Shown here piece by piece: positions 18,653 through 32,061 of a stretch of DNA of 64,000 nucleotides. Source of the stretch: Bugula neritina (Eukaryota; Animalia; Bryozoa); NCBI GenBank assembly GCA_964035545.1, contig OZ037768.1, positions 5,054,741 to 5,118,740 on the forward strand, given 5' to 3'. Every line of letters starts with the position of its first letter. Positions within the stretch are counted from its first letter, which is position 1. The notes beneath the pieces are model-generated. The model saw only the letters and a list, made by a program, of their open reading frames with translations, did not search any database and was not told the origin of the DNA. The translations under genes and the position numbers were made by a program.

Positions 18653-20919
18653 TCACTTGTATCTTTCCATTTTTCTCCGCAGTTTGAGCTGTTTCTTAGT
18701 TAGGTATGGAGGAGGCTTAACTTTAACTTCATACGTTTTCAATCTACAGCATGCAATAAACTTTTGTCAAGCATAATGGGGATATGAAGTATATTCACAT
18801 CTTTCAACTTGTTCCAATTATACTTATTTGTCAACAAAACAGATTATTGAAAATGAGTCTCTTAAACTTGTATAATATTTTGGTGTAAATTTGGTTAAAG
18901 ATGAAACAAAGTGGGTGTAAAATTCGAACACATACTTTCGTGGAATCGATCCATATTTTATCCAAGGTACGCCAGGTTGCTGGTCAATTGGTTTCCAGAT
19001 ATCATGCACATATCCCCCTTCTTTAGCTCTTTGAAGACGTTCTCTTACAAATTCTAAGGCGTTGAATTGCTCACCATCTTCTTTAATAGCTTTTAAAACT
19101 GCAGTGAGTCTTAAATATTTTCTTATTCTTACTTGTTGTCGTTTTTTTCTGAATACTGTTCTGTAGAAAATCACACAAGATATATAGTATCAGGTTATTG
19201 AAAATGAAATGAGTTAAAGTTTTTAAAAGTCTGATATCGCTTTACTAACCAGTTTTCAATCAAAAACTCCTTAATAAATAAATTGTTTTGCAAAAAAAAG
19301 AGGATGTTTTACGATATGATTATTTTTTAACTCACTTCATTTTCTTTTTTAGTCGCTTAAGTTGGTGTCTATTCATATGCCATCTTCTTATTTTCTGAAT
19401 ATGCCTAGCCTTATATTCTGGCTGACTTGTAGCAGGATTATCTCCTATCACATCACATATTCTGTTGGGAATTATATCTCCAATCAGATTAGCAGCCTTA
19501 TTAGGATCTAAGATGGCAGGAATTTTCACATCTAAAAACAATTGAGATGTATTTTATTAAATATACTCATAGAATGAGGTTGCATAATGATTATATGAAT
19601 AACACTTAATCTACCTAGAAGTGAACAACACCACCATAAATTGCATTAAATTCAAAAGTTGTGTCCAGTCCAGTGATGATTAAACCATTTACTGTTCTTC
19701 TCAATTAAGTTTTACCTGTTTTATTGCCGATGATAATTTGAGATCCTGAAAAGCCTGGTGTGTACATAACTGTAGGAGTGTGGTTTTGAAAAATAGCTGC
19801 ACATAATTTAAACTCCTTCAACTTAATGGCCTGCGATTCTTTCACAGCATTGTTTTCTGTTGTTCTTGGATAGAAGCACCCAGATATATGAGGTTCAACT
19901 GGCCTATCTTCTGAAATTGAGCCAGTTTGGCACCCTACAATGCCATGTGGATATTGGTCAAAACATATCATGGCCAGCTGTATTTCTTGTAATTAAATAC
20001 ATGTCAAGTATAAGTAAATTATTGTGTTTCCATATTCAAATGTGTTGTTCAAAATTCATATTAATTAAACACATTTTTGAAAGACATGAGGTAGTTTGAG
20101 AGTTTATGCAAAACAGCCACCAATTATTATTATATTCATAAATAGGCCACAGGAACAATACTGCACACAATTATGATTGCGTGAATACACATGCATGCAG
20201 TGTAAACCCATGAGAAATAAACAAATGCAACAACAGTACTCTTTTCCAATAATTTAATCATCATCACTTATTAAAATTAAACTAGATAAAACAATTACAC
20301 CACAATACAAGAAAATCAAATGAATAAACAATGCCATACATCATTTCAAAACAAAATGGTTGAATGTTGAAAAAATAAAACCTAGTCTGCTAATAAACAA
20401 CTGCTAACTTTATTCTAAATTCCCTACTAGTTGGGAATAGCAACACTTACACAATCACAAAATTTTAAAATAGATTGTAATGTAATGTAAATGAGTGACT
20501 TAATAATTTCAGTTGACTATAAACTATAAAACTAAACTTATCTAAAAATTGGCAGACATACCTCTAAGGGTAGAACATGATCGGAGGAACAAACTTCTGG
20601 GAAAACTATTCAACGTTAATCTAAAACATTTTAAAAAAGATAATTTAATCTTATTTTTGCTGACAATGTTTTGTAAATAGATTGGAAATGTTAGAAAAAT
20701 TAAATTTGGTTGGGACTCTAAAAACACACACAATGGTGGCCTAAAAAGAACCATTTCCATTTATGAACATAATGGCCTAATCATTTTCATACAATTTTAG
20801 GTTGTAGTAGTGAGCATAACTAAAAATAGTTTTAACATTTATCAGTCAAGCAGAACTAGGTCACACTCAAATTTTAATAATTACCTGGATATCAATAAAC
20901 AAGACCTGGTAGTCATCAT
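18653..20919 (-). CDS. AURKAIP1: Mitoribosomal small-subunit protein mS38 / AURKAIP1-like. Exons 20885-20919, 20562-20620, 19336-19531, 18936-19160, 18653-18743
   Basis: Arg/Ser/Leu-rich, acid-free N-terminus (MMTTRSCLLISRLTLNSFPRSLFLRSCSTLR) resembles a mitochondrial presequence; basic IQKIRRWHMNRHQLKRLKKKMK motif followed by EQFNALEFVRERL resembles invertebrate mS38; phases consistent. Confidence 0.75.
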
Positions 20920-23162
20920 TCAACTCCACTTTACTTTTTAAGAGCTAAATGGCAGTCAACCAAATTATCATCACCACCTTTTATTTAAAGAATTCAACTT
21001 TGAGTTGGATGTGTTGAATCTAAGAAAAAAGTCATATCAATCTATCAATACAAATGTATGTTGCTGTTGCCAAAATTTATGCACTTCTTGTCAAACGCAA
21101 ATACAAATATTACGTTTGACAAGAAGTACATACATTTTGGCAACAGCAACATACAGGCCCAGCATGTACAATCAAAACTATTTTAGTTGTCATTGCCACT
21201 CAATCACAAGCTGGCATACCATTAAATTATAACCTACTGTTTTAAAATTAATCAAAAAATTAACATAACGTTGACAATTACATATACTTCAATGTAAGTC
21301 CCACAATTATTAAATGACTATTATAATTAAGGCCACACATGAAAATTTTGCTTTATAAAAAAACAACTAAGGTTCATGCAGCAATAAAATATTGTTACAA
21401 AAAAATAAAGTAAAAGAAATTAAAAAGTAAATTGAATTTCATTGACAATTAAATGACAAATTCAAAAATTATCGATCATGTTTTACGCTTGATAGTTTAT
21501 AGCCATTTTCTTTAGTCACATCTTACATAGCTGCACCCAAAATTAGTACTGCAAGTGCAAGTGCTTATTAAAACTGATAGACTTAAAGCTGTAAGTGTAA
21601 AAGTTTCAGTTTGTAAAGATGATACAGATATGGATAGTTAGTAACCAGTCTAAGTCTTATAAGTTATAAGTACTTGTAGTTATATTCATATTGACTACAA
21701 CTTGAAGTACAATAAATAAATTAGTGAATTTGAGTGTAATTATTATCGTAATTATAATAATAATATAAATAATAATTTAAAATAAAAATATCAATATAAA
21801 TATTAATATTCAATTTAATAATTATAATAATCATAAAAATAATAAAATCAAACTATTCTTTCCAATATGGTTATGATGATTATAATGTCAACTATTATTA
21901 TTATTGATACCAATATGAATATGATCATTGAGTTTGACTGATGCAGATTGAGTCAATCTAAATTACTATTACTATTACTATTAGTCAAACTGAAACTCAT
22001 TCTCAAATGACAATGCTCATGTTATTATTGTTACTCTTATACTTATAGATTATAATCGTATAGCTGAGTGCAACTAAAAACTAAAAGTTAGTGTCAGTAT
22101 CAGCATACTATAGGTATGACTCCATGACTATCCCTACCCAGCACCCATTTTATTTCAAAATAAGTAAAAATAACGAGATAAAGTTCCAATTTGATAAAAG
22201 AATTCAACTTCGAGTGTGTTAAAGACCTTGACACAAAGCATGCTAATGTTTCTTGCTGCTTTACACATTGTGTGAGCGAGTCCGCAATGATGAGCTCTCG
22301 TACTAAATCTCAACTTCATTGGAGGAATGAGCTATTTTCTCGCGCAGATTTATTCACTGACTTAAAAACCTGAAAGTTCTCTTTCAATGGATTTATATTT
22401 AATAATTTAATTTTATATTGAAAGTTAAAATGAATATAAAATTCAATATAAATTAGTTTAAAATCTTATTTAATTTAAGCTAATGTACAATTTATTGCAC
22501 TAATTTAAAATGCGCTCAATTTGTCAATTGTTATTACTTTTAGTCATAGTATTAGTATAACTATAAGTATAAGTATAAGTATTACATTTACTTTTAGTTT
22601 TAGTATAACTATAAGTTATACTGTATAAGTATTTACTATAACTATAAGTTAATGTTGTAGTATAAGTTTAACTATAAGTATTATGTATAACTATTAGTAA
22701 TACTAATAGTAATACTAATGGTAATACTAATAGTAATATGAGAAATTATACAAGACGTGTACTTTATAATTAGCTATTGTTAGCTGATTAATTTTAAATC
22801 GATTCTTGTTCATGCCACTTGATCTGTAGAACTGGAGAGACAATTTTCATCCTAATCAGTTTGAAATTTGGTAATTTTACTTTAATATATTGTAAAGTAT
22901 TTGCTTTATCAAAAAGAGTTTTTAATTATGGCTGTGTGGCAGTAACAATACACAGTTGTATAAATACTCATAGTGCTTTTATTTTTAAACCATTAAATTT
23001 GCTGTATTTCTAGCAGACTGTTATTATACTTGCCATCCGAAATTACTAGCTTTATTTTTTAAAGCTTGTACTTCTCTAAACTTATTTTATATACACTATA
23101 TTGTTACAAAATATTCAGAGTTTTCAACTTTTAGTGAATTTTTGTTGTTAGGAACTATTGCA

Positions 23163-25713
23163 ATGAGTGGATTCTCATTCGATGGCTCAAAGATTAAGCC
23201 CATTGGCTGTAAAAAATGTGGATACCGTGAGTGCACAAATAATTTATAATTACACTACACATTGTTATCTATCAAAATAAAAATAACATGCCACTAAGGG
23301 GGGGGGGGGGGTTTACCCTTTACATCATATGCTCAATTAGCTATTTAAAGTCACTCCTTATCGACTGCACTAATTAGCCAACTTCCCCCCCCCCCCAAAG
23401 GAAAGGATGAAGGGCGAATTTACAGAGAGTTGACTCCACACTACTCTTGGCCCACCATTATAGCCATTTAACTAAGCTTGCAGCCTGCAAACTGCTAACC
23501 TCTGGTGGCATATGATTCTTTTCACAATAAGTAATATGTGTTTTAACTTAGAAATAGATAAATATGCTGAATTTTTTTTTATTTCTTAATTTTTTGTCAA
23601 CTCTAGAGCAAATAAAGTTTTAAGTATTATGTTTTGTTATGTTGTAGCTGGGCATTTGACATATGAATGTCGGAATTTCATAAAGGCAGATAATCAAAAA
23701 GATGAGATATTGCTTGATGTCTCCAGTACAAGCTCAGACTCTGATGATCAGCCTTTCATATCTCCTTTACTTCAAGAATCATTGAACAAACATAAAAAAG
23801 AAGCAAAGTTAGAAAAGAAACTCAAGAAAAAATCTAAAAGGCAAGTATAGCCATTAGCTCAAATGTTGTACCAGTAGTCTAGACTTTGTTCTTTTGGATA
23901 AAAACATTTGTTATGATACGCGAATTGTTTTTTTAAACGTGCCGAGTATTTTCAGTATTTACTTCGGTCCTGGTATAATATGAATTATTGGTGTGAAGTT
24001 TTATATACATATATTGTGTTGGTTTATCATTTAAATTCTTTAAAAGGAAAGACATTTCCAAAAGTTTTCTACACGTAGATGGTCTTCTCATTCACCTTTA
24101 TACAAAACAAAGTTATTTGAGTCATTAAGATATAGTAGTTTTTCTAGTTGTTGCAATGCATTTATTTTAATTGTAACTTTTAAATCTGTTTCTATATAAT
24201 AGTGTTTTTCAAATATGCATAAGTTGATATGGTGAACCCAAAGAATACTTCAGAATGTTGAAGTATTCTTTACAAAAATGTATGAATTTTGTTGAGGTTT
24301 ATATATACTAATTATCAAAACAAATTTTTGCAAAAAACAGGACGATTTTTGACAATCACCGGTTTTCAAATCTGGTGATGTTTCAAACAGTCATTTTTCC
24401 AAAATCAGTGTACTTTGATTGGCTGATAAATTTAGAAGTTACGTATTCATATTTCTTTACAAGAGTCACTGTGAATGCAAGTTAACAAGTGCCACACAAA
24501 ACAGTCTTTCATCACTATTGAATACATCAACCTTTTCTAACTAGAAAATGTTATTCTTAACATATATCAAGTGTTATTCCCAAAAATTCATTTGTGAAAA
24601 TAGAAAATGAGTCTACCAAACATTGCCACTAATCTCCATCAGAAATATCCTGTTTTTTGTTTTCAGTATAATATAAGCACCCCAACAATGTCCTCCCATA
24701 CCAAAGAGCTCTTTGCTAAAATTATGACTCATTCAAAAAGAATGTGCGTTGTTTATATTCATCATATTTTCATTCCTAGAATAAATTGACATGTACAGGC
24801 TTGTTGTCTAGATTCCATATTTTATTCAATGACTTTTTTAGAAAGCGCAGACATTCCTCTAGTTCTGATGATACTTCTAGTTCCGATGATAGGAAATCTA
24901 GCACAAAGAAACGACGCAAACATAAGAAAAGGTTTGCAATCAATTGCAATAATATGTTAGTGTACTGTAAATAATATGTTAATATAAATAGCTGTCGTTC
25001 TAAACTATGTCTTGTGTCCTTGATATTTTAGTTCTTTTATAATTTTTTCATTGCTATTGCTGTAAGACTTTTTATTTCTATTTCTGACCTTACAAATATG
25101 GGAACTCAGGTGCAAATCCGCAATATTTTTTAAAATATTTTGAGTTGTATTCTCCTGTAAGTTTACTAATCTCCAATATTTCAAATCAACAATAATGTAG
25201 TTGATGATTAAGACTTTGTAATGAGTCTATAAAAGTGAATGTTTGAGTAATTTTTTTGGGTTTTAATAAGTTACAAGTCCTTAGTTAGAGCTACGTGCTA
25301 TCACCTCCATTCGTATCAATTGCTAAATATAGCGCATTCAGCTATCATGTATAACACATAAAAAGGTTAACTTATTTTTAGTAAGTAAAATTCTTTGTTA
25401 ATTATTAAAATGTGTCTATAAAACATGCTTTTGTTTTAATTTAAATACCAACTGCTACTATAGTTATATACTTTAATTAGTGTCTATTCTAATGGTGGTA
25501 CAGAGTATGCATTTTTGTTACAGTAATATTTGTTGATAGTCTGCTGTTTTTGGAATGCTTTGACAGCAAATGTGATTTTCTTGTAGAGAGAAAAGTGACT
25601 CGTCTGATTCATCAAGCCTGAAAGACCACCGACACAGAAAATCTCATAAAAAAAGATCTCACAAATCAGCATCTCGCAGCTCAAAGAAAAGCAGAAACAA
25701 AAGTAGAGACTGA
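23163..25713 (+). CDS. SREK1IP1: SREK1-interacting protein 1. Exons 23163-23226, 23648-23840, 24842-24931, 25588-25713
   Basis: GCKKCGYPGHLTYECRNF zinc knuckle; LLDVSSTSSDS; Lys/Arg/Ser-rich tail; intron 2 has a GC donor. Confidence 0.93.
23288..23511. mobile_element. Small TIR-bounded element in SREK1IP1 intron 1
   Basis: ATGCCACTAAGG...CCTCTGGTGGCAT imperfect inverted ends, with internal poly-G and poly-C runs; no clear TSD. Confidence 0.4.
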
Positions 25714-26642
25714 ATATGTTTATAACATTTTCTAGCTGTATATTTTATGTCAAAGGTTCATTGTCTGGGAACTTTTAGTGCAATATAAAATAGTAAAGTT
25801 TAGTATTATTATTTGTACATTAGTAAAATAATGATATACATAAATTTAACAACACGATTGATGATTTTATCTGTTTTAGTATAACTACATATAATAACTG
25901 TATGATTTACTTATACAGTTCTATACGTCAACAATAAGCATTGTTAATTATTGAGTAGCTTTCACAGGATGTGATGATGAAACAGGTAATTATTTTGACT
26001 TTCTGTCACAGCTTTATGTTTTCAAAATTTCCACATTGCATTCTGTTATTGGTGTTGATGCAATTTCTTCCGGTATATAATTTAACGTCAGTAGTTCTTT
26101 TCTTCATATGTTACTTTGTTACTTTTGTTGTCTTTGTTATAGCAGCGGCTACAAATTAATGAACCATTCAATAAATTGAAATAACATTATTATTATAATT
26201 ATTATGTTGCTGGGTGCTGCCTACATGAAATAAGTTCAACAATTGTGGGTGTTGCAAAACAAATTACTCAAATAGTTGGCATAGCTGATGTCTATTTATG
26301 AATGAATGTTTGTTATGCAAAGCGATCACTCAGGTAATCAACGCCTTTTCAATTTCCGCTGCTACATTTAAAACAATAAATTTGGTTCAGTAATATTTCG
26401 ATTACATGTACATTCTTTTAAAGTTTCGTAGAAGGTTGAAAAAATTTCTATTTCTTTTATTTACCCAAAAACTGTAGTAATAAAATATTCTACATATTCT
26501 AAGCAATGGGTACTAGTAATTATGAAACAATTTTAAATTTCTTTATGTTGAAAAAATGACGTGTTTTTATATAAATTTTACAGACAAGCATGTATGGTTT
26601 TTTGATTTGTAGTGTTCAGCTGTAAATTAGATTTGATATTCC

Positions 26643-29600
26643 ATGAGTCAGAGAAGCCTGCACTGTATAATGGCTGATGACCTCATGGCTCTCAATATCA
26701 ACAACAACTCATCTGAATATTCGGTTAGAGAGAGACTTTATTCAATGTACTTGAATATACTTTGTAAAAGTTTTCATTTGGTTTTCAACTTGTTAAGCTA
26801 TTGTACCATTACTATTTTAGGATTACAGTTTTGATGGTGAGATGTTAGATAGTTTATCTAAATTTTATTTTGAATATATAAGTTAATTCAATCATTATTG
26901 CTAATAGCACAGATTTCCAGTGTCTTTAGGGCTGCTGAATGCAAGTGAAGTTTAAATTTGATAACTTTACCTGCTTTCCATAATTTTAGCCTAAATTTGG
27001 TTTATTATTTCTTTTGAAGCTATGGAGTCTGGTAAACGGATGCTCAAACGTTAAAATTATTTTAAAATAATATTATTACTTGTTTGGTTACAATTTGATA
27101 TACCTACAGAAAACAATTTAAATGAAAGAAAGAATACGATTTGAGGGAACAACTCCAAATTAGTTGACTTCTTCACTAAAAATTAAAAAAGTTGAGTATG
27201 TATTTTATTGATAAAGTTAGTACTACATAAAAGCGATTTTGTATTTGTTGCAGATGATAGTTATGGAGAAGATGATGATGACCCTCTAGCACTTGAGCAG
27301 CCCCCACAGCTGTATATACCCGACTGGAATGCCTTCAACGCTGGAGCAAATGTAGCGGCAGCAGCTGCCAATGCTGTTCGAGGTGCTATGGGTAACCCTT
27401 GTCACGGTGGGGGATGTGGCTCAGGTGGAGGAGGTTGGTGTTAGAATATACTATGTATAGTGATATTCACATCTTAGAATACAACTGTTATAAAATATCC
27501 TGCTGCGTGAGTCATCTAGTTAATTCAGAATGTTAAAAGTTGTTTAGAAGCAAAAAACTTTTACGGTAACTTAGAAGTTCTATATAATTGCATCAAAACC
27601 TTTATTTAAACACTATTTTGTATGGATTTTTGGCAATAGCTACAGTTTAAATGTTTTTAATATGATTAAATAGAAAAAAGTGCTCCGTTATTTGTAGCGA
27701 AGAGTAGAAGAATTAGTAAAATTATTTTTTTCCTTTTGTAGGGATGTTGCCCATACCGCCGGCACCACCCCCTCAACCACCTGTGATTATACCACCTGCA
27801 GCACCACAGATGCCCCCTCAGCCTTTCATGGGCGGTGGTGGAGCAATAGCTCCTATTCCCCCTGCCCCTCCTCCCCAACCTCCTATTATTCTTCCCCCTG
27901 CACCAGCTCCACCAGCCCCGCCTCCACCCCCTCCAATGATGATACCCTTTCCAATGTCTATGCCAGCCCCACCAAGTCATCCACCACCAGCTCCACCACC
28001 CCCTCCACCTGTTATAATAATGCCTCCTCCCCCAGTACCACCACCACCGCCACCCCCTCCTGTACCGCCTCCACCCCCTCCACAAAAGGAGTATATTTTT
28101 ATACCACCCCCACCACAGGCTGCGCCACCACCACTGCCTGCCCTACCTCCTCCTGCTCCAACTTTTTATCCCCCTCCACCCCCTCCTGTACCAACTTTTT
28201 CTCCTCCTCTACCCACTATGTCCCCCTCCCTACTTCCTGCGTCTTCTCCTTGTATTTACCCCCCTGGAATGCCATGCGCTCTACCACACTCATGTAACCT
28301 ACCAAACCAGTGCATTCCACCCTCACTAATGCCTATGAGTCATTGCTGCCATGCAGCACCATGGGCTAATCTACCAAACGTATGCAATTCAATTCCTCCT
28401 TTTTCTGGAACAAACAATTATTTTCCAGCAAACCAGTGTCCTCCTCTGTTACCTCCAAAGAATGTTCTTGAAAAGGAGACTTGCGTAGTTCCTAACCCTC
28501 CTCCAAACTTACCTATTCCGCCAAGTTCACCTCAACTGCCCCCTCACTTGGGTATTCAGGTTAGTAGTAAATGCAAAGTATTGAACTTAGATTATCAATA
28601 AATTAATTGGCATGAGCTACCCAAATGTCATTATCTCAAATGATATTTAATTTCCAGCTACCACCCCCTCCGGTTCCACCACCACCACCTCAACCCAGAA
28701 GGAAGTCGAGAAGAATGCCATCTAGATCATCTACTGACTCATCATCTACCACAAAATGCTGCTGCCCTGTACCAATCCCAGGTCTCCCTCCACCCTTCAC
28801 TCCGGCTGCTGTCGCTGCTAATGCTTTTGCAGCAGGTGTAAATGCCGGGAGACAGGGGGTGAATCATCATGTGAGTAAACATATCCAGGATCATTCCAAT
28901 GTATTTATTTTACTCAATTTTCTTTTTCATTTCAAACAAATTTTGTCACTTCAGAGGTATTTTCTTTTTTGATCTGGTCTAAATTTCCCCAACAAATTAT
29001 CTGTAACTAGTCTTCAATAGTTAATTTATTCTTTAAAATGTAGGAGAATCCATTTTTGCACCTTCCTAATCCTGGAGTAATACCAGGCCCACCCCCGCCA
29101 TCTCACTTCACCGAGCTGATGATGAACAAATGTGCAGTAGAGTGTGGTAAGGTACGACACAGCGATGGCACCATGTCTCCATGCCTTAGACATCCTCATG
29201 CTGGAAAGGGTTTCTGGACTGCAGCTGGGCAGTTTGTGCCTTTGGAAGGCTGGGATATAGGTGATGAATGTATTCCAAGTGTTGTATTCGTGATTGTATA
29301 ATTTCATCAATATTTCAGTAGCATTGACAGCTAGCTGTCTGGAAGCATACCTTTGCTATTTTATTGTCCGTTTGTTTTGTTATATAATGTATAATGAAGC
29401 GGTTATAGTGGAGTATATTATACTAGATGTCATATGCATACAGGTGGACCACCACCAGATATGTTTGCAATGGGAGACTTCGGTAGTTTAGAACATACAG
29501 GAGGCATACCTCCTTGGAGATCATCTCCTCTGGTTCCCAACACACAGCATAGAGGACTGGGATGTGTGCCTCCAGACTATAATCGTGTGTGTGACCCTAC

Positions 29601-32061
29601 AGGTACACAAAATGAAATATATTTATAGACTGGTTTGTAATACCCTTGCAGCAGTTTATACATTAGTAACTCTATATATCTCTGTTAAAACTTATGTTGT
29701 TTTTAATTTTTCTGCAAAGTGAGTAATATAAATAAGGAGTGCAAGCAAGCAAAGCCCTCAATATGCAGTACCAGCTAGATTTCTCAATCTGTTTGATATA
29801 TTTAGATGTAGAAAAACGTCTGCTGTTGGTATGACAAGCTCAACATATAGATGTGTGTGATCGTGTACATATTCATTATAGTTTCTGCAACTAATACAGA
29901 TATTATAACACATGGCGTCATATTAGTCTATACTTTATCCACACACAATATGAAATTTGGTTCATTTTGGTGGTACTAATGCTATCTATATGCTGGCAGG
30001 TTTATGTGGTGAAGAGCCTCCATTTTGGTGCGAGCCATGCATACCAAATGCTGATGGAGATGTACCATTCTGTAGTTATGGCAGGCCGCCTGAGCATCCA
30101 GCTGTAAGTAGAGCTAAACAGGGACATGCTGGATGTAGTGAGGGGTCGGATCACTGGCCACCCCATGTCTGTACATATCATCTTAGTAGAAGAGAGTACT
30201 ATGGTACGTCAAGGATTTATGTCTGAATACGGCGGTTTATGGTTAACAGATTAGACTAAATTTAAGAAATTTGTTTTTAAATGACATGTTTTCAAACATT
30301 CTCAACAATTTTCGGAGTTTGCATTTCAATAATTTAAAAATTCAAACAAATTTTGAACTAAGTTTTAATGCATACAGTTGACAATGTGTTTGTGTAGTAA
30401 TGAATGAATTATTTTTATAGATGTACAAGTTAGTATTTTGTTACCAGGTAACAGAGGTGCTCGATGCTGCCCCCTGGAGTGCTTTATAGAATCTAAAGAC
30501 GCGAGTGACCTGTGTTGTGACAAATACCCTGCTTGCTCATGTCGGTGTCAGTGTGGGAAATCAAGTTGTAGAAAATGCCATGGATCGCCTACTCCGTCAG
30601 ATTCCAGTTGCGATGAACCGTGCTTTAACAAACATCCCAATCGATTTAAAACGCCACCCGTGCTAGTTTACAGGTAAAAATTCCGGTAAACCAGGTTCAA
30701 GAGAAAATGAGGATTATTTTGGATTACTTGTTAGTTTTGTTTGATTAGAGATTTTCTCAATTATATTTTGGCAACTTTTTAAATTTTGATTATAGTTGAA
30801 TATAGGACTGTGTCATATAAATAAGTATGGCAATATACTTTACAGATGTGATAATCATGGTTCAAACTTTTGGAATAAACTGTGCAGATGGGTTTTCGGG
30901 ACTCCTTCTCACCACAGTCTTTGTGAGCCTGACCCTTGCGAGGTACACAGAGACAAAAGTCTAGTGCTGCATATAACATGACATATTATATTTTTTTATT
31001 TGGTAATGTTTGTACGCAAATGAATAGTGTAGGAAATATTTCTATATTACTATTAAAACCTAAATTAACACAGTAGAGAATTGAAGTCAAAACTCAAACC
31101 ACAGCTTAGTGATAATAGTTTTTAGCGAGCAGGGGGGGGGGGGGGGGCAAAAAATACAATTTTATTCAACGAAATAACAACTTATGGTTTGCTTTCTTCG
31201 TCATCATATAGGTGAAAAACCCAGACTGTTTTGCACCAGGCCCATTTATTGACCCAAGTACTGACCCAAAGAGGAGATATCAACATCTAAAGAGATATGC
31301 TCAATATATGGCAAAGAAATGGAGACATCAAGGCAGGAAAAGTCGCAGACACTGTGATCCTTCACGCTATCCCCAGCAGAATGGGTGGGAGTGTGAGCCC
31401 ACCGCAGGTGTAACGGTATTAGCTGATAAGAGACATCCCCCTCAAATATTTGTAAGTCTACTAGTTGCATGCATGGGTTTACCAGTGGTAATATTTTCCA
31501 GTAATTTTGATATTAGCTATTATAGAACGAATTTAATCTAGTAACAGATCGCTCAAATTTTACTTGATTTTATTGATAGTATTTAAAGTCATTTTCTGGA
31601 TCATTGGTTTCTATAGTATATTATTAATTACATTTTATTATCTTAGCCATTTGTTTACTCTTTAAATTGTTCTGCAGATAAACTCCACTATATTGTTCTA
31701 CAGATAAACTCTCCAACAAAGCAGTGTTTAACACCATGTGACTCAGTGGCAAGCAGCTGGAGCAGTTCCGATAGTTGTGGAGGAGAGAATAGTCCTTGGC
31801 ATGCAGCACATCAACTGGCCACTGCTACTAATGTGTTACCATTAGAGAGAAACAACAAGGTTCATTTCTTACTAACCATGGCTTTGTTATGTGAAAGTAG
31901 TTTTTACAATGGTTATTTATGTAGGCATAGTTATAATTATAATAAAAAATTTTCATCCTTTCATCAGCTTATTTTTTTTATTCTAGCAGGCGAAAAACCG
32001 GAATGGAAAGGTGGACGTGAAAAAGATTCTATTTGATGGAAGCAATACATCATCTTCCTAA
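26643..32061 (+). CDS. Orphan proline-rich, Cys/His-rich protein (about 13 exons)
   Basis: Exons starting at about 26643, 26821 (16-nt microexon), 27254, 27742, 28658, 29044, 29443, 30000, 30448, 30846, 31212, 31704 and 31987 join through GT-AG sites with consistent phases; poly-Pro block followed by Cys-rich segments. Confidence 0.72.

Noticed and set aside
19665-19760. GTGATGA...CTGA C/D-like boxes on the plus strand
   Set aside because: Antisense to the host intron and no recognisable guide sequence
27666-28085. Trp/Arg-rich minus-strand ORF (also the hydrophobic ORF 35625-36173)
   Set aside because: Antisense shadows of the poly-Pro exon and the E/K-rich exon
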